64,000 nt of DNA from Rhina ancylostomus. Taxonomy: Eukaryota. Below are positions 46,401-60,891 of the stretch, in pieces. The stretch is taken from assembly GCA_030265395.1 (NCBI GenBank), contig JARFYF010000017.1:18776473-18840472 (forward strand), in the 5' to 3' direction. The translations under genes were made by a program, and so were the position numbers. The notes under the pieces were generated by a model that saw only the letters and a program-made list of their open reading frames with translations, was not told the origin of the DNA and did no database searches. Each line of letters opens with the position of its first letter. The stretch's first letter is position 1.

Positions 46401-49400
46401 AAGAAAATAATTGAATTTAAGTACCAATTCCAACAATGTAAATTGTTAATTATTTGTTTTAATTGTTATTCTTTAACAATAGAAACAGAAATGCCACAAT
46501 AACACTTATTATAGGTCACTGATGGGAGCAGATTTGTTATTATTGTAAATGCAAAATAAACTGAAAATGGTTAATTGAGGATTAGTATTACACCATGATA
46601 GCTGATGCAGAAATCGTGATGTTGCAAGATGGGAAAGAGAAACAATACAATTGTTGGAATATAATATAAAGAAAATAGCAGTAACTTCAGTCGAAACACA
46701 AAGGCACTTAAGTAAACATTATACCCTTGTCCTTTGTAACATGTCACATATTTGCATGCAAACTTTTTATTGCATGCTTATTTACAAATCTAATTAAATA
46801 TAATCAATAGCTTTGCACTGATGAAATTTATAATTTGAACCAATATTTCATCTAATTGGATCTTTTAACATAGATGCCACCTGAAATGCACCATTCCAGT
46901 GGTTTAATTCCATGGATTCACATGTTTAGTGTATGTTGAAGATAACCTTAGCCAGGAACGATTTATGGAGTGTACAGTAATTTTCTGTTAATATGACTGC
47001 AAAAAAAATCACAAGCCTTCCTGTGCACAGTTTTCATACAGGTTTTTTATTATATTAATTATAAACTGCAAATTACTGACAAGATCAGAAGTAATTCCAT
47101 AATGCTGTCAAAGACTTCATTTTCTTGTGTAGATGATGGATGTAGCTGAAGAAGTGACTTCCTGGATCATTAATGTATATTGTAGCTTTTGAGTTTTATT
47201 AAACTCAGTGCATATTATACACTAGTAGTCACTCTCCTTTCCATGATTGTAATTTCTGTATTACCATGAAATAGCACAAGGTAGGCCTTTTCTTGACTAC
47301 AGAAATAGTACTACGTAAAAATAACTGAAAGGAAATTAATACTGACTACTAGTCTGGCTCAGCCAACCCCAGCTCAATACCTTCCAGATTTCTCTTCCTA
47401 CAACATTTTTGGCTTCCTCAGTTACAGTATAATTATTTAACTCTGTTAACCCTGGGTTTCCTCAGTGAAAGTTACCATGCATTCATAAGATACTTTGATG
47501 GGTTTGGAAATTTGGATTTAATTATTGTTCCATCTTTGAATCTAAGCAGCAAAACAATTTTGAGAATGAGCTTTTACAATTCATTTGAATTTGTAAGCTC
47601 AAGTTATGCATTGTATATGCAAAATCGTGCTTTATGCTTCCAAGACAGGCAGTTTCAAATAAAAAAAGACACTTCAACATTTTTGTTGAGTAAAACATTT
47701 CAGAACCAAATAACATGTTGTACCACTAAAAAATGTTGTATCTATTAAGTATGTTTCCCATACCTTTATTTCTCAAGCAAAGAGTACTTAGATTTCAGAC
47801 AACTTGAGTTTGTAATTTGAAATAGCTGCTTTTGCGTAGTATTGCCTGTAGATGGCAATGCAGTCTATCTTTACTTTATCAAACCATTTGATTTTAAGAC
47901 TGTGTATCTCACTATTGTGTAAAATGATAGCTTTTTAGACAAAGGATGGTTTTTATTGGAATCTAACGATATATTTGAAATTTTTTAGTATTCTTAAAAT
48001 CTGGTGCAGGTGGTGACATGTTTGCTCTATTTTAAATGTTCTTTGTTTGTAGTTCTAATTCTAAAATTGCAAAAATACAGAGGGATTTTAAATTTGACTC
48101 ATGCGAACAAAGGAACCTTTTGACTATTATTCTTAAAAGATTTTATAGTTGCATGCATAGATGCATATGTATATTGTACAATTATTTTAAGTACGGAAGC
48201 AGCTTCATGCATCTTCTGACTTCCTTAAAATTTAACTCTTCAGAAGATTTTTATGAGATTTTTTTACAGGACTCAATTAATTGTGCTGCTTTTCAAAATT
48301 CATGTCATTTTTTGTTACTGCTTACTCTCTTTTTTATACAAAGGTTTTCAAGGTATTACACAAATGATATTTCTATTTTGTTTCATATTTTTATGAAATT
48401 TTATATTTTTCATTTGCTTGGCCTACAGTTGAATGCTTTTTTTTGTCTGGTGTTTTATGCAAGTGTTTTTGTTAACATTGAGCTTGGACGTACAGTCCCT
48501 GAAGAAACATACTTCTCACATGGAAATGAAACAAAGAAAAGCTCAGTTAATTTTGTGTGTTCTGGTAATTAAAGAATGAACTCTTTCCTTCCAAAATAAG
48601 CTCTAATTTTCCTCAGTGTTGTAAAACAAAATGTTGATTACTTTTAAATTAAGTAAGCTTTATTTTTTATATTGCCTTGTCTCCTTGACGACTATTGATG
48701 TCAGTTCAATTTTTGACATTTTCTCATTTGGTAAGATTTCAAAATTGCCATCATCCTGCCAACGTGTCATGAAAAAATTGTATGAAAAATCTAATGGGTG
48801 TCTGCTCTGATCGCCTTCACCCGTGGCAGGAAAGACAAAACTGATGAAATGTGAAATGTATTCAGAGTGGTTTGAGACAACAGAGTGTCAATAACCCCTT
48901 TCGTCTTGTTATGCTCAATGCAGCATACATGCTTGTCGTGACACTTAGGTTTGTAGAATTTAGATTAACATTTTTCACATTCACCTAATGTTCTGATTTA
49001 TTCCTAAATAAAGGCACTGAAATATGTAATATCAGATAAGAAAATAAATAATTCTTTCACATTTGAGATTCCTGTTAATTTTGTTTTGGTTTGCGTATGA
49101 TTTCAAACAGTGCCTGTGCAGCATGTGTGTTATAAAATGCAGTCAAAAAAGGATTTCACTTTTCCATTCGTTAAAACAACATGATTTATTTCTTATGGTT
49201 CTCATTTCAATATAATGGTTTCTATACTGAAGTAAGAAATTTTTGATAGTCCTTCAGTTAGTTTTCTGGTTTATAGTAGCTGTTCTCAATATGAGTAGGA
49301 ATTGGCTTGTTCAACGAGGAATAATTTCTTTAGCATGCCATGCTTTAGTTATGAGGTAAAAACTGTGCTCCTGTTATCTATTTTGTATTGCTGTTTTGAT

Positions 49401-52400
49401 TTCTACTGCTTACCAAACTTGGCTGCTGTGATCACCCTTTTGTGTTAAATGCCAATCTGATACACTTCATTGCTATTTGATGCAAGTTTTATTATATGTA
49501 ACATTGTATTTTCATAACCGTTAAATTGAATCTCAATAAATATTAAGGGCAATTCTGGTTTAGACTTAAAAGACATAAAATAATTAAATTGGAATAGAGA
49601 AGCAACCTACAAAATGGAGGTGCTGACGTTTGTATCTTGCAGGATATAAAAGCATGCAATCCGAATATATCATTTGACAATATTAGCATCTTTTTGCTTT
49701 TATTAATATGTGTGGGATTAACAGTCATTAAATGCCCAAAACAGAAGAATGCTTTTACTGAATATTTAACAAAAAGGTTTTAAAAAAGCCACCTAAAGGT
49801 GGTCATTATCTATCAACTCTAGATCACTAGAGATTTAATATTGCATACAGATATATATTTTGAATTATGTTAAATAAATCTAATAAAAATTATAAAGTAT
49901 AAAAATCAAATGCAAATAATAATAAATTACATAATTATCTCAAAATCTTTAATATGGATCATGCTGAATCACATTTATGAAATTAATATTTTGTTGTATC
50001 TTTTTATTTATCAAGGTTATAAATGTTATTTTATCATGCATTTGCTAGCTCAATTTGATTTTAAATAAGTATAATATGTGGTGTTGGTAGAAAGATGTAT
50101 TTTTGAATTGTAAATGAATGTTTTATTTCAGTGAATGAAGCTGCAAGAGTTTGTTAGTCGATGCAGTAGATTGCATTGTATTCAAGAGCTCACAGTTGTT
50201 GCACTTGTTTGAATTAGCATGAAAATTTCGAAGCTTGCATGTGATAGTCTCATTCATTCCATTTTTTTCATGAATTCAGTGAACAGTCTGTGAAGGGAAT
50301 ATGACAGCTGATAAAGCATTTGTCTTTATTTGTCAACCAGTGAATCAAATATGAGAATCTGGAGGAAGAATTCCATCACTAGAATCGTAAGGGAATGACC
50401 AAAAAGAGGGGGTAGTGCTGAGACCAAAGATGCATATAGGGCCTTCTAAAATATACCTTATTCATTTTTTTTCTTTGAACTCAGTCAGGGGTATAATTGG
50501 AATTCAGACATCAAAGAATTCCACCACTTATTCTATCTCTTTTATTGTGTATTTCAGTCGTTTTCATAATTCTATATTAATCTTATATTTGTTTGAGTTT
50601 CCCCTTAATTTTTTGCCAATTCATTTTGTTTAGTAATTGAAATACAGTCTATGAATTATTTTGTCCAGCATAAAGCATAACTGGTGGAACGTATGCTTGG
50701 GTACAGCTTGTCTGCTACTATGAATTGTTTGCTTAAAGCACACTGCTATATTGTGTGTTGCAAATGATGATATTTTTCTAAGAAGATTAATAATAAAGAG
50801 ATTGACTAATTAGAGTTTGTTTCAAAGGTGTAATAGTAGTTGAATCTTGAGTTTCATACAAAGAATGTTATTGTACTGTAAACACTGAATAGCTATTTAG
50901 TCTTTGAAACAAACCAGCTTTGTAAAAGACTAAAAAAATATTGAATCATCATTTTACTACACAAAGGATCACCAAAACAATATTGTTTTGCTTGTGTATA
51001 TGACAGTTTCATTTTTTCACATGATAAATAACATGAAGCTTTATTTTATCTATAATATACCGACTTCTTCAGTGAAAAATAGCATTTAAGTATAGTTTAC
51101 AGAGACACAACCAATAAAATGCAAATGTACTGCATCCTGAGCTATGGTAGTGTGAACTGGATATGAATCTAAGCAATGACAGAAGTGGTATCTGTCCTTT
51201 TCATTTGAAGTAATGCACTATTATGAAGTAAGATATTTACAGCATTGATATGTGGCTGGCCAAACAAAGAATTAGATATGGTATCTGATATGAAAATACA
51301 AGTAATAAACAGATGTGCTGTTCCCAATTTATTAAAAGTAATCTGACAAAACTTGTTCCTTGGATAGGCCTAGATTACACCAGACTTGCAAGGAGAATAA
51401 AATATTTGTGTCACTTGGGGTTATTTGGGGGCATATAGTAACTAGTTACTTTTATCATTCTTACAATGAGTAGAATTTGAACTTAATATTCCATGAAATA
51501 AGGCAACACCATCAAGTTATTGTAATCACTTCAGGTTAATAGAAGAAGTAAAATTGTCTTTCTTGCACACATTAGAGCAAGACAGCATTATTAAAGTTTT
51601 GTGGACAGGCAGTTAAAATATATCCTCTGTGGCTGACGCAAGTCTTTTCAGTTTGGATGACAGCTTTTCAAATCTTAATAGGCTGCTCATTTCTGGTCTG
51701 AGAGTTTTCAGCACTTCTTTCAAATGTGGGCTGTAACATGAGGTAAAAACTGACATAACGAAGTGTCATGTATTGCAGAAACCTTTATTCAGTAAGTGCC
51801 CCGTGATAAATTGGTGTCAATAAGCAAACAATTAGAAATAGTTTGTGCCACCCTCAGGGCTGTTTTCATGATTTGATTTCTAAACCTTTTCTCCTACTCT
51901 CGTTAGTCATTATGCAAAATAAAATTGTATGAAGAAGCAATGAATTAACACACAATATATTTTATATATTTATTTATACAAATATGTGCTTAGAAGGTTA
52001 ATAGTAAAACTGTATTCCCTTCAAATGAACAAGCTTGTAGCATTTTCTTTAAACATATGGCTCCATGTTACATAGTTAGATGCAGATTAACACTATCACT
52101 GGTGTTTGCCAGTAGCTATTAATGATGTGCAATAACCTTGTTATAAAAGTATATCCTGAGTTTCCTAAATACTTATTCTGCTTTCAAATATAAAACAATA
52201 GATTAGGGTTAAGAGTTAAAGTTATATAATTTTCAGAAATTAGATTATATGGGATAATTGATTTGTTGTAGGGTTTAAATCCTGTGCACTAGATGAAATG
52301 AAGGGATACATTTTGATATCAGCTTTTAGTTGTGCTGTTTATCCACTGTGGCATTTTGTAATATGTATTACACTGTTAGCAAAGTTTCCATTCTGATGTT

Positions 52401-54811
52401 TAGCTATTAAAGGGTTTGTACATGCTTCACTTTCCTCATAAGCTTACAACGAATATCTTCCCAGAATATCATGTACGCTTCTATTAGGATGGATGCAGGA
52501 TTGTGTATTATGCAGGTTACAGGTCAGAGGCATTAAATACCAGGCAATTTTCTACTCAAAAATTCAGTACACCACGGCTTAAACATGTAAAGGTAGCAAC
52601 ATCAGGGTAGAGTAAATATCTTTTTTATCTCAGTGCCGTCACATTTCTGTCTGCTTTAGTCGAACATTGGAACAAACCAAAAACAGGAAGGATGGCCATT
52701 GGATACAAATATATATCAAATATAATTGCTGCAAGATTGGCATCCACACACATTTTGCCTTATTCTTCATGTACTAAACTGTAATGTTTTACATTTCAAC
52801 TTTGTTAAGCGATATATCATAAAATTAATATTTTGATAGCATGGATACTCATGTTCCAGGCTTTGAAACAATATATTTACTTATTTTTATATTTTGCACA
52901 GCAGTGTTATTTCATTAGTTCATTATAATCTGAATGGAAAATCCAAAATAAAACCTTAATCAAATATATCAGTTATGTCCAAAGGAAAGCAAAATGATTA
53001 TTTTCTGTAAAATTAAACTGAAATATTTCAGGCAAAGGATGATTCAACATTCAGCAAGGAATGTTTAACAGTCAAAATAACAAAAAGATGTGAAGGAAAA
53101 TTTTGGTATTGGAATGTAATCTGAACCTTCAGTGCATTTTACAAATGATGTGAGACTGACATTTGAGCAGCCAAAAATATGTTTAATTCTGGGTATTGAG
53201 GCCTGCTTGTGGGGGCTTGGGTTCTCGTTATTACCACTGTGATGCTCTAATAGCATCAGAATACACTCATTGCAAAAAGCAATCTCATCTTATTTACTGT
53301 AAGTAATAATTTGAAAAAAATCTAAATTAATTAATGATTATTTTTACTTTCATTATACTGAACAGTAAAATCCTGCTAAACTGGATTTTTTATTTTCTTT
53401 GGAGGTGAATTTGTGGAAAAGAATAAACATCAGCATCTGCTATCTGGATCACCCTTAAAATCTAAACTTAAAATACTGTTGCTTGCTGAATATCAGTGAT
53501 AAAGCAAAAACTACCACAACAGCCACAGGGTGCATGATATTTAGTGTGGTTATGATTAATACAATTTATTCAAACACTAAAATATGTAATTTGGTCTAGA
53601 GTTTGTGTTTCCAATAACACAGTTGCAATGTTCAACTGTTCCAATAAGTAAAACTGACCAAAAATCTTTCTGCTGTTCTGGGCCTCATGGAAATTTCAAA
53701 AACATATTTATACAACATTCATTGCAGCTGACTAAAATAACTTTAAGATAAGAAGCATGAGTGACCACAATTGAAATGAAGCATTAAAAAAAATTCTGGA
53801 AGCAGAAAAGTTGGCATTTTATGTGAGTAAATGTTTAGTTATTACTTTTCTAGTACCATGGTATTTTTGTTACAGAAATATGTATCAGAATAACTTAAAA
53901 ATGCTTGCACATACTACACTGTGCCTTTCAACCTGTTTATGGTTTCATTCATAATGCATCATTTTAGGATCAGTAAATCATCTCTTTAGCTATAAACAGT
54001 TTCAAAAAAGAATAAATCCTGATTTTTTCTAATGTTCTTGCAATAATGTCAATCACTAACACATNNNNNNNNNNNNNNNNNNNNNNNNNNNNNNNNNNNN
54101 NNNNNNNNNNNNNNNNNNNNNNNNNNNNNNNNNNNNNNNNNNNNNNNNNNNNNNNNNNNNNNNNAACACATGGGATGATTTATTTAATAGATTGATTATT
54201 TCATTGCTGGCCTTTCTAGGGCCCAAAAAGCACTTGAAAGAATAAATTTAATGTGGCCTTGTGCTCCAGAAGCTGAGGAGGTGACAGAAACATGAAATAA
54301 TTTATACGTCTCACACTCTTCTATCTGTCTTATATCTGCTTTGTGGTCATCCACAGAGCAGCATTAAATTTTTTCAGCAAGTATCCATTTGCACTTTGTT
54401 GTATGGTTTAAATTAGTAAAATGTAAATTGATGGTTTACCATGCAATGTCTTATCATAATTTATTTATGAGATGTGTCGTGTACATTGCAAGAGAACAAG
54501 TGAATGCAGAAATCCACATTGCTGCATGAACCATACCATGTAAAATCATGTTATTTTTTTCCACTTCCTTTTAGAAGTTACATCGTGTGTAACGTTAAAC
54601 ATTTAGAACCTGTTTATTCTGGTGTATAATAGTATATCTGAGCTTCATTGCTGAAAGAATTGAAAAGGTGCTAAAACACAGTGGCTGTTGTTTTTTTTTA
54701 AATCACGTCTTGCACATTATTAGGGAAGTACCAATATCAAATCTTATTGCTATCTTTTAATGTAGTTGCAGCACACATTCGAGCTGCTTTGTGACTACCT
54801 GGACACCTGTG

Positions 54812-55152
54812 TTAGAACATAAAACAGGAGCAGTGGTAGTCCATGTGGCCTTAGAGCCTGCTCCGTCATTCAGTAAGATCATTGCTGAACCTGTGCCTCG
54901 AGTCCGTTTACCTGCTGAATATCCTTGTCCACTGATTCCCTCAGTGTCCAAAAATCTATCTGTCTCAACCTTGAATATACCCAGTGACTGAGCATCTGCC
55001 ATGTCTGAGCTAGGGAATTCCAAAGATTTATCACTCCCTTCATAAAGAAGTTTCTCATCATCTCAGCCCTAAATGTCCAACCCTTCATCCAGACTATGCC
55101 TCCTAGTTCCAAACTCTCCAGTTGGAGGGTATAGTCTCTCGGCATCTACCCC
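54812..55152 (-). mobile_element. CR1 LINE 3' end
   Basis: Minus strand FRAEMMRNFFMKGVINLWNSL, SLGIFKVETDRFLD; tail tagaacataaaacaggagcag..gcctgctccgtcattcagtaagatcat. Confidence 0.85.
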
Positions 55153-58100
55153 GTTAATAACAAACCTTTGGAATTGAGCATCATTAGTGGCCTCTCAATT
55201 CTGCCCTGACATGTCATTAACTTGATTCTCCTCTGTATTGAGAAACATTTGGGACAGTCACTTGTTAAATCAGAGAACTGCACATTTGCACAGTGCAGAT
55301 TTTAATATCTGGGAACCTAATGACCTGGTCTAACAGCATACGTCAACGCTAAACCACAAAGTAGCTACATCTGTTTCGGCTTTGTTCAAGATACTGAGGG
55401 AGGGGGAGCATTCCATGGTCAGGGGCCAAACTGCATGTCATATTTCATTACCTTCATTAGCTATTACAGAAGGGTCTATTATGAGGAGGATAGCAACCTC
55501 TGTTAAAAAAATAATTTCAACCTAGAAATCACAAAGTCAAGCACAAAATTGTTTGGTTAATGGAAAGACTATTTTTGAAAACACTTTTGGTCTGTGCAAT
55601 GACATTACATTGATTTGAATGCACAGTTTTAAAAGCGGGAAGGGCTAAAAAAAACCTAGTGTTATATCCTGTGATTTGTAACTATAAAATAACACTGCAG
55701 ACACCCTCACATTTATTTTTCCATTAATATATGTAGTAACACAACCTCTCTAATTTAAATAATAATCCACTACCCAAATAAGTAATTAACCTTTGATTTG
55801 TGGAGGTAGGAAAAGGCTGCAACAGAATTTGTAATCAATTGTTAGATATACAAATTGCATCTTACACATCACTTTGATTTAGACGGTAATTTTGAAAAAA
55901 AAAGCCTCATTATTGTCGGGGGTGGGGGACATCAAGGGAAAAAAAACAAGCAGCAATGCATTGCATTTCAGGTAAGTGTTTTTGAGCCAGTTGGACGTTG
56001 GCAACATTTTGCGCACCTGCGATTGCTGTGGCAGTTCCCCCACCCCCACCCTCCCATCCCTCTTATCTGATTGCTTTCCCCTCTTTTTTGACGTATGAAG
56101 TTTTTATAACTATCCTGCCAAAATTCATCACGGGCACAATGTTGGATGTTACTCCAATAATTTATAGTCGTGGTCTGTACGAAGCGGTTGTGGGAAGGTC
56201 CATTACTAAGTTGCTTGTTGTTGTGATTCCAGAAGAAGACAATACATCAATCAAGAGCTGTAAGACCTCAAAAACCTATCAGATTTACAGCATAATAAAA
56301 TTATATTACAACAAAACTACATGTAACTTATTCTGTAACTTGCACTACAAAATGCACATTGAATACCACATCAGTGTGATTCTATTCTAAGTGTGTTAAA
56401 TGATTCAGATTGCAGAACTAAAAGCATTTTTAAAATCAGCTGAAAGAGGCATGGGGTACATGAACTATGCATTTCAATTTAGCCGGGAAGCTGCCTTTGA
56501 CGGAATCTTTTAGCAGCTCGGCATGTGAGGGTTAAGCATCCTGGCAGCGATTTTCTCCCAAGGATCAAAATTCCTGTTGTTTTGTAGATGAGACATTTAT
56601 GATTATCAAAGTATAGGGATGGGTGTCATAGGAAAAAAAGGCAGTGGGGGGGGGATACTTTCAGTGTTGATTGCTTTTGCTTTTTTTGAGCTTAGGCACC
56701 TTAAGGACTGGAAAGGATCCGGGGAATATAATAAGACAGGGACATCAGCAGCACAAGGGGCATGACCTTTATTTGCAATCATAGCTGAGATTTACAGTTT
56801 ATTACTGATAGCTTTCATAAAGAGCCATTCAGTTCCGAGGTGAGCGGTTTGTCATCTGGAAATGCAATTAACTTCGTCCTTATCCCAATCCCTGGTCTAG
56901 ATGTGAACAGCGCTCCAATAACATCATATTTTCCCTAATTTCATTTTATTCTCACGGACCTATCCTTTGAGCATTAGTGGAGTTGCATATTATTATCCAT
57001 CCACAGTATCCTAAAAGGCACTTGTGAATATTTTTAAAATTGATTACATGATTGTTCAGGGTCATTGTGGCATGCACTTTGCCTTTCTGTGATTAAAAAA
57101 AAAGGTGAATCATGCTTAGAGTAAATGCTTGGTGAGTTAATTAAAAAATGCCTAGACAGGTTTTTCCAAAAAAAACAATAAAGTGGTTTAGTTTTCATAC
57201 AACGTAGGGTATGTTAGCTCTGTGCTCCTTGTCTGTAAAGAAACATCTGTTTTATGAGCTTTTCTAGCAGGTAAATTAATTTGTAATAATTTAAACAAAA
57301 CCTAATCAGTCAATATTCTTGTGTTAAAAGACAAAACATTTGATTTTGAGTAGGATGACAAAACATACGTTTTTGAGTAGGACAATGATTTTTGCATAAT
57401 TTTGTTCCTCACTGTTATGAAGAATAATTGTTAATAGTAATCAATCTATTAATCAATCTATTATGTTTTAATCAAAATCATTTGGTTGCAGAACTTGACA
57501 GTTTTTACATCAGTATATGTTTGTCAATGTAAATCTGTTTTACATTTTCTAATTAACTACAATAATGACTCCTCACATTTGCCTTTTATGTTTAATAGGT
57601 TTGCCTAAATTCTCATATCTCTTCCAATTAAACCTTGAATTTCTTTGCTAATGCAATCCCATAGTAGTCTGAAATGCAAGATCATAAAATGTGATTATGA
57701 TTTGCTAACGTTTGGGGAAATTGATGGGAGAATATGTTAATAATTTTAATTCTTTCCTGATATTTCTGTTGTTTTTTTTGGTAGAAAGCACAATGATATT
57801 GAGATTTATGATCACCCCTATGCCTGATGTAATGATTGAGTGCCGTTGTTTCAAGATGATGGTAGATATGAAAATTATCTCTAACATTATCCATTTGTAG
57901 ATCTATTGAAGCATTGTTCAGACTGACTAAATGTTATACAAAATATCAGCATAATAAATGAAATATAGTATACACTTGACTTATAATTCTGTTTTCCATA
58001 TTTTTGCAGCTGTTTCATTATTAAATTTTACAACCATGCATAATACATGTCAACTATTTTTCATGGAAGTCAAATAATGATAAAAGTGCTGAAGGTGCCA

Positions 58101-60574
58101 GTCACCTGTGCGGTAAAGATGAACAGGTTAGTGTTTAATGATAGAAACAGGAAAACTGCTCCTCCTAAATATACTGATGACTTCCTCTCATTCTCTTCAA
58201 TTATATATTTTTGGTTACTTTCCCATACAACTTGCCATCCAACTTATAATACAATCACTGCAGCAGAAAAGCTGAAGCAGATTTCAGTTAATTTTGCTGA
58301 TATTGATACTCTACTTTCCATTATTTCATGCCAATACTACTTTGTGGTAGTCACTGCTATCAGCTTCTTATTGAGTTATTGCTTTCTCTGAAGGTGCTGT
58401 GTTTAACTACTCAATTGGGATACTTGGCTCCACCCAAAGTAATAACGCTGCTCCAATGATATGTGGGAAGATCTATTTGCTCCTCATCTGTCCCCTTTTT
58501 TGCTTTTACTAATCTCCAATCAATTGGTAATTACTGCCATCAGTTTACTCTATGTTGTCATGAGTTGCTGCCAGTCGCTATTAATTTTGCACTCACTTCC
58601 CATTAGGTTTCTATCGTTTCTGCTTTAAGTGTCAGTGAAACTAATAACTCCAAGTTCTAGAGAAAGCTCAGGTGATGATACAGGACAAATTTGTGCAAGT
58701 GTACTGGTAAATTTAACTCATCTCCCGTGTAACTTCTATTTCTCTGTTGTAAGTATGTGGTAAACTTAAATATTGCATACTTACAAATCCTGTAACCTCC
58801 TCATCAAATCCTTGTTTCTTCTTGCAATTCTGAAATCGTGGTTAAAGTTGATCCCTTTCATTGAGTGGTGTTCTCTCTGCTGAAGCTTAGTAATTATGTG
58901 TAGGAAGACACAAATTAAGAGATGCCAGCTCAGTCCTGCCAGACATATCAGCTGATCATGAATGAAATGTACTGGATGTAAGGAGGAACTCATGGTCTCT
59001 CCAGATGAAATAGATAGTATATTGGTATGCAGCAGCAACAGTAAAGGAAAAAAATTGTTTAGGAAAAGAATTCATGAGAATTTTGTCTTTGGTCATAAGC
59101 TCTAAATCTGTGCAAGAGTATTGGTTACTGGTTATACTCATCTCAATACATTTGGTTGCAGGGGCTACTGAGAATCTAGATGTGCAGAATAAATGGCTAA
59201 TACTTTCACATGACTTTAGTGCTGGTGAGAAAAGATGAAAATATTCCCCTTAGAGACAAATATTTTTTTCCATTTGTATATTCAAAAGTATTTTTCAAAG
59301 GAATGCAAGTAACAATTAACTGGGTTGAGATTATAGTCACTTTGATAACAAACATATGTTTGTTATTATAAAGGAAGTTTTATTAGCAGACAAGTTAAGC
59401 TTTTTATTATATGAGGCAATTAGAAACTGCATTGCCTTTCTCACACCTTGCCCAACATTAAAGGTACACATGTTACACATTTTCCAGATCTTCATTGAAG
59501 TGAAACTATAGCCTGAGAAATATGATGTTTTAACAGCTGTATAGCTTTAGCATTTAGTAAACAGATTTTTGGTAACAAAATATTTCATGATAATAGCTGG
59601 TCTTCTGAAGAATTTCATGGTTATTCTATCGATATTTTTAAAGCTTGAGAAGCTAAGGCAACTAAACATGAACAAATAAATAGCATCTTAGTTTAAACAT
59701 ATTCAACTCACTTGATTTAATTAGCCAAAAGGTTCATCATAATCTTTCTGTTTGAACAAGAATTTTATTGGAAAGGAAATGTTTTCCACCACTAAATGAA
59801 TTCCAATTGTTTTCAGATATTTTCTTTTAAAATAGTATCAAGTGAAGCACTTATCATCACATATACAGCTGAAAACAGAAAGAACGATCAAACCATAGTT
59901 TGCTATGTAGAAATTTATTCTGTATTCTTTGGTTTTGCAAATCCTTTAATCGGGTCACATCTCTGATGTGAATAATGGTTAGTTGGACAAAATTGCAAGT
60001 AAAATCACAAAAATGGTTTGGCAGTTTGATTTGTGTAATCATGCAACTTTGTCTTCATCTGAAATGAAGTTTGGATAAATATGGAATAATTTTAAATTTT
60101 GATCATTTTATATTTTGATCATATTATTAAGATAGAATTTTCCTTTTGCAAATGTGATTTGATGCTAAAGTCATGGGAAGGAGAAAATTATATTATTAAA
60201 AATATTAGCAGGTGTGGCAGGATGTGTTTACAAAAACATTATTTACCACTGGAAGCATTCATAATCTCACTTCAGTTAAGATTTTATTATTCAGAGCAAT
60301 GGCTGCAAAGCCCCTTAAATGATTCCACAAAATATTTTGGAATATTTGTACATTCTCACTTTCTGAGGGACGAATCTGAGGCTGAAACTAATAAGGCATT
60401 CTTTCCCGTACTTCTCATTGGGATCTGTAGTTTTGCTTTCTTCCCTGCCCTTTACCAGAAGGTACAATGACAGATGTAGAATCCAATTCTCAGCTTCATA
60501 TTGCATCGTCCATTGGACTGGTCTACCCACTCCAATGATACCCTTGCCAAAGTTACAGTAATAATCATATACCT

Positions 60575-60891
60575 GACACTTCCAGGCAAGTAATCCCTTT
60601 AATCCCATCTCCACTCTCCTTACATCTCTGTATCCCACACATTCTCTCGCACACATGCCCACCAACTCTCACTTTGCGTCTTTTTACCATTAACCTATAG
60701 TATGGAGTAATTTACAGTAAGTGTGTCACCAGCCAGGTCTTCTGGGGTATGGAAGTAAACCAGAGCATCCGGAGAAAACCTATGCATCACAATGTGCAAA
60801 GTCCATACAAAACAGCAGCCAAGGTCAGAACTGAACCTGTGTTACAAAGCTCTGAGGCAGTTGCACAACCTGCTGCACCACTGTGCCATCC
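60575..60891 (-). mobile_element. HE1-like V-SINE, decayed
   Basis: aaaccagagcatccggagaaaacctatgca..tgtgcaaagtccatac..ggtcagaactgaacc..ctgcaccactgtgcc is the reverse of the V-domain and tRNA head. Confidence 0.75.

Noticed and set aside
48036-48572. Longest ORF in the track (178 aa)
   Set aside because: F/L/I-rich translation of T-rich sequence with no domain or splice support; likely a chance ORF.
48837-48865. ctgatgaaatgtgaaa as a hammerhead in the transposon-free region
   Set aside because: No stem II or stem I pairing and no PLE context.
57329-57462. Short tandem duplications (gacaaaacat..ttttgagtagga twice; taatcaatctat twice) as a CRISPR-like array
   Set aside because: Only two units each with no unique spacers; consistent with slippage.
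34640-60500. Naming the host or target gene, or a known miRNA/snoRNA
   Set aside because: No recognisable coding exon, mature miRNA or paired snoRNA boxes; naming a gene would be a guess.
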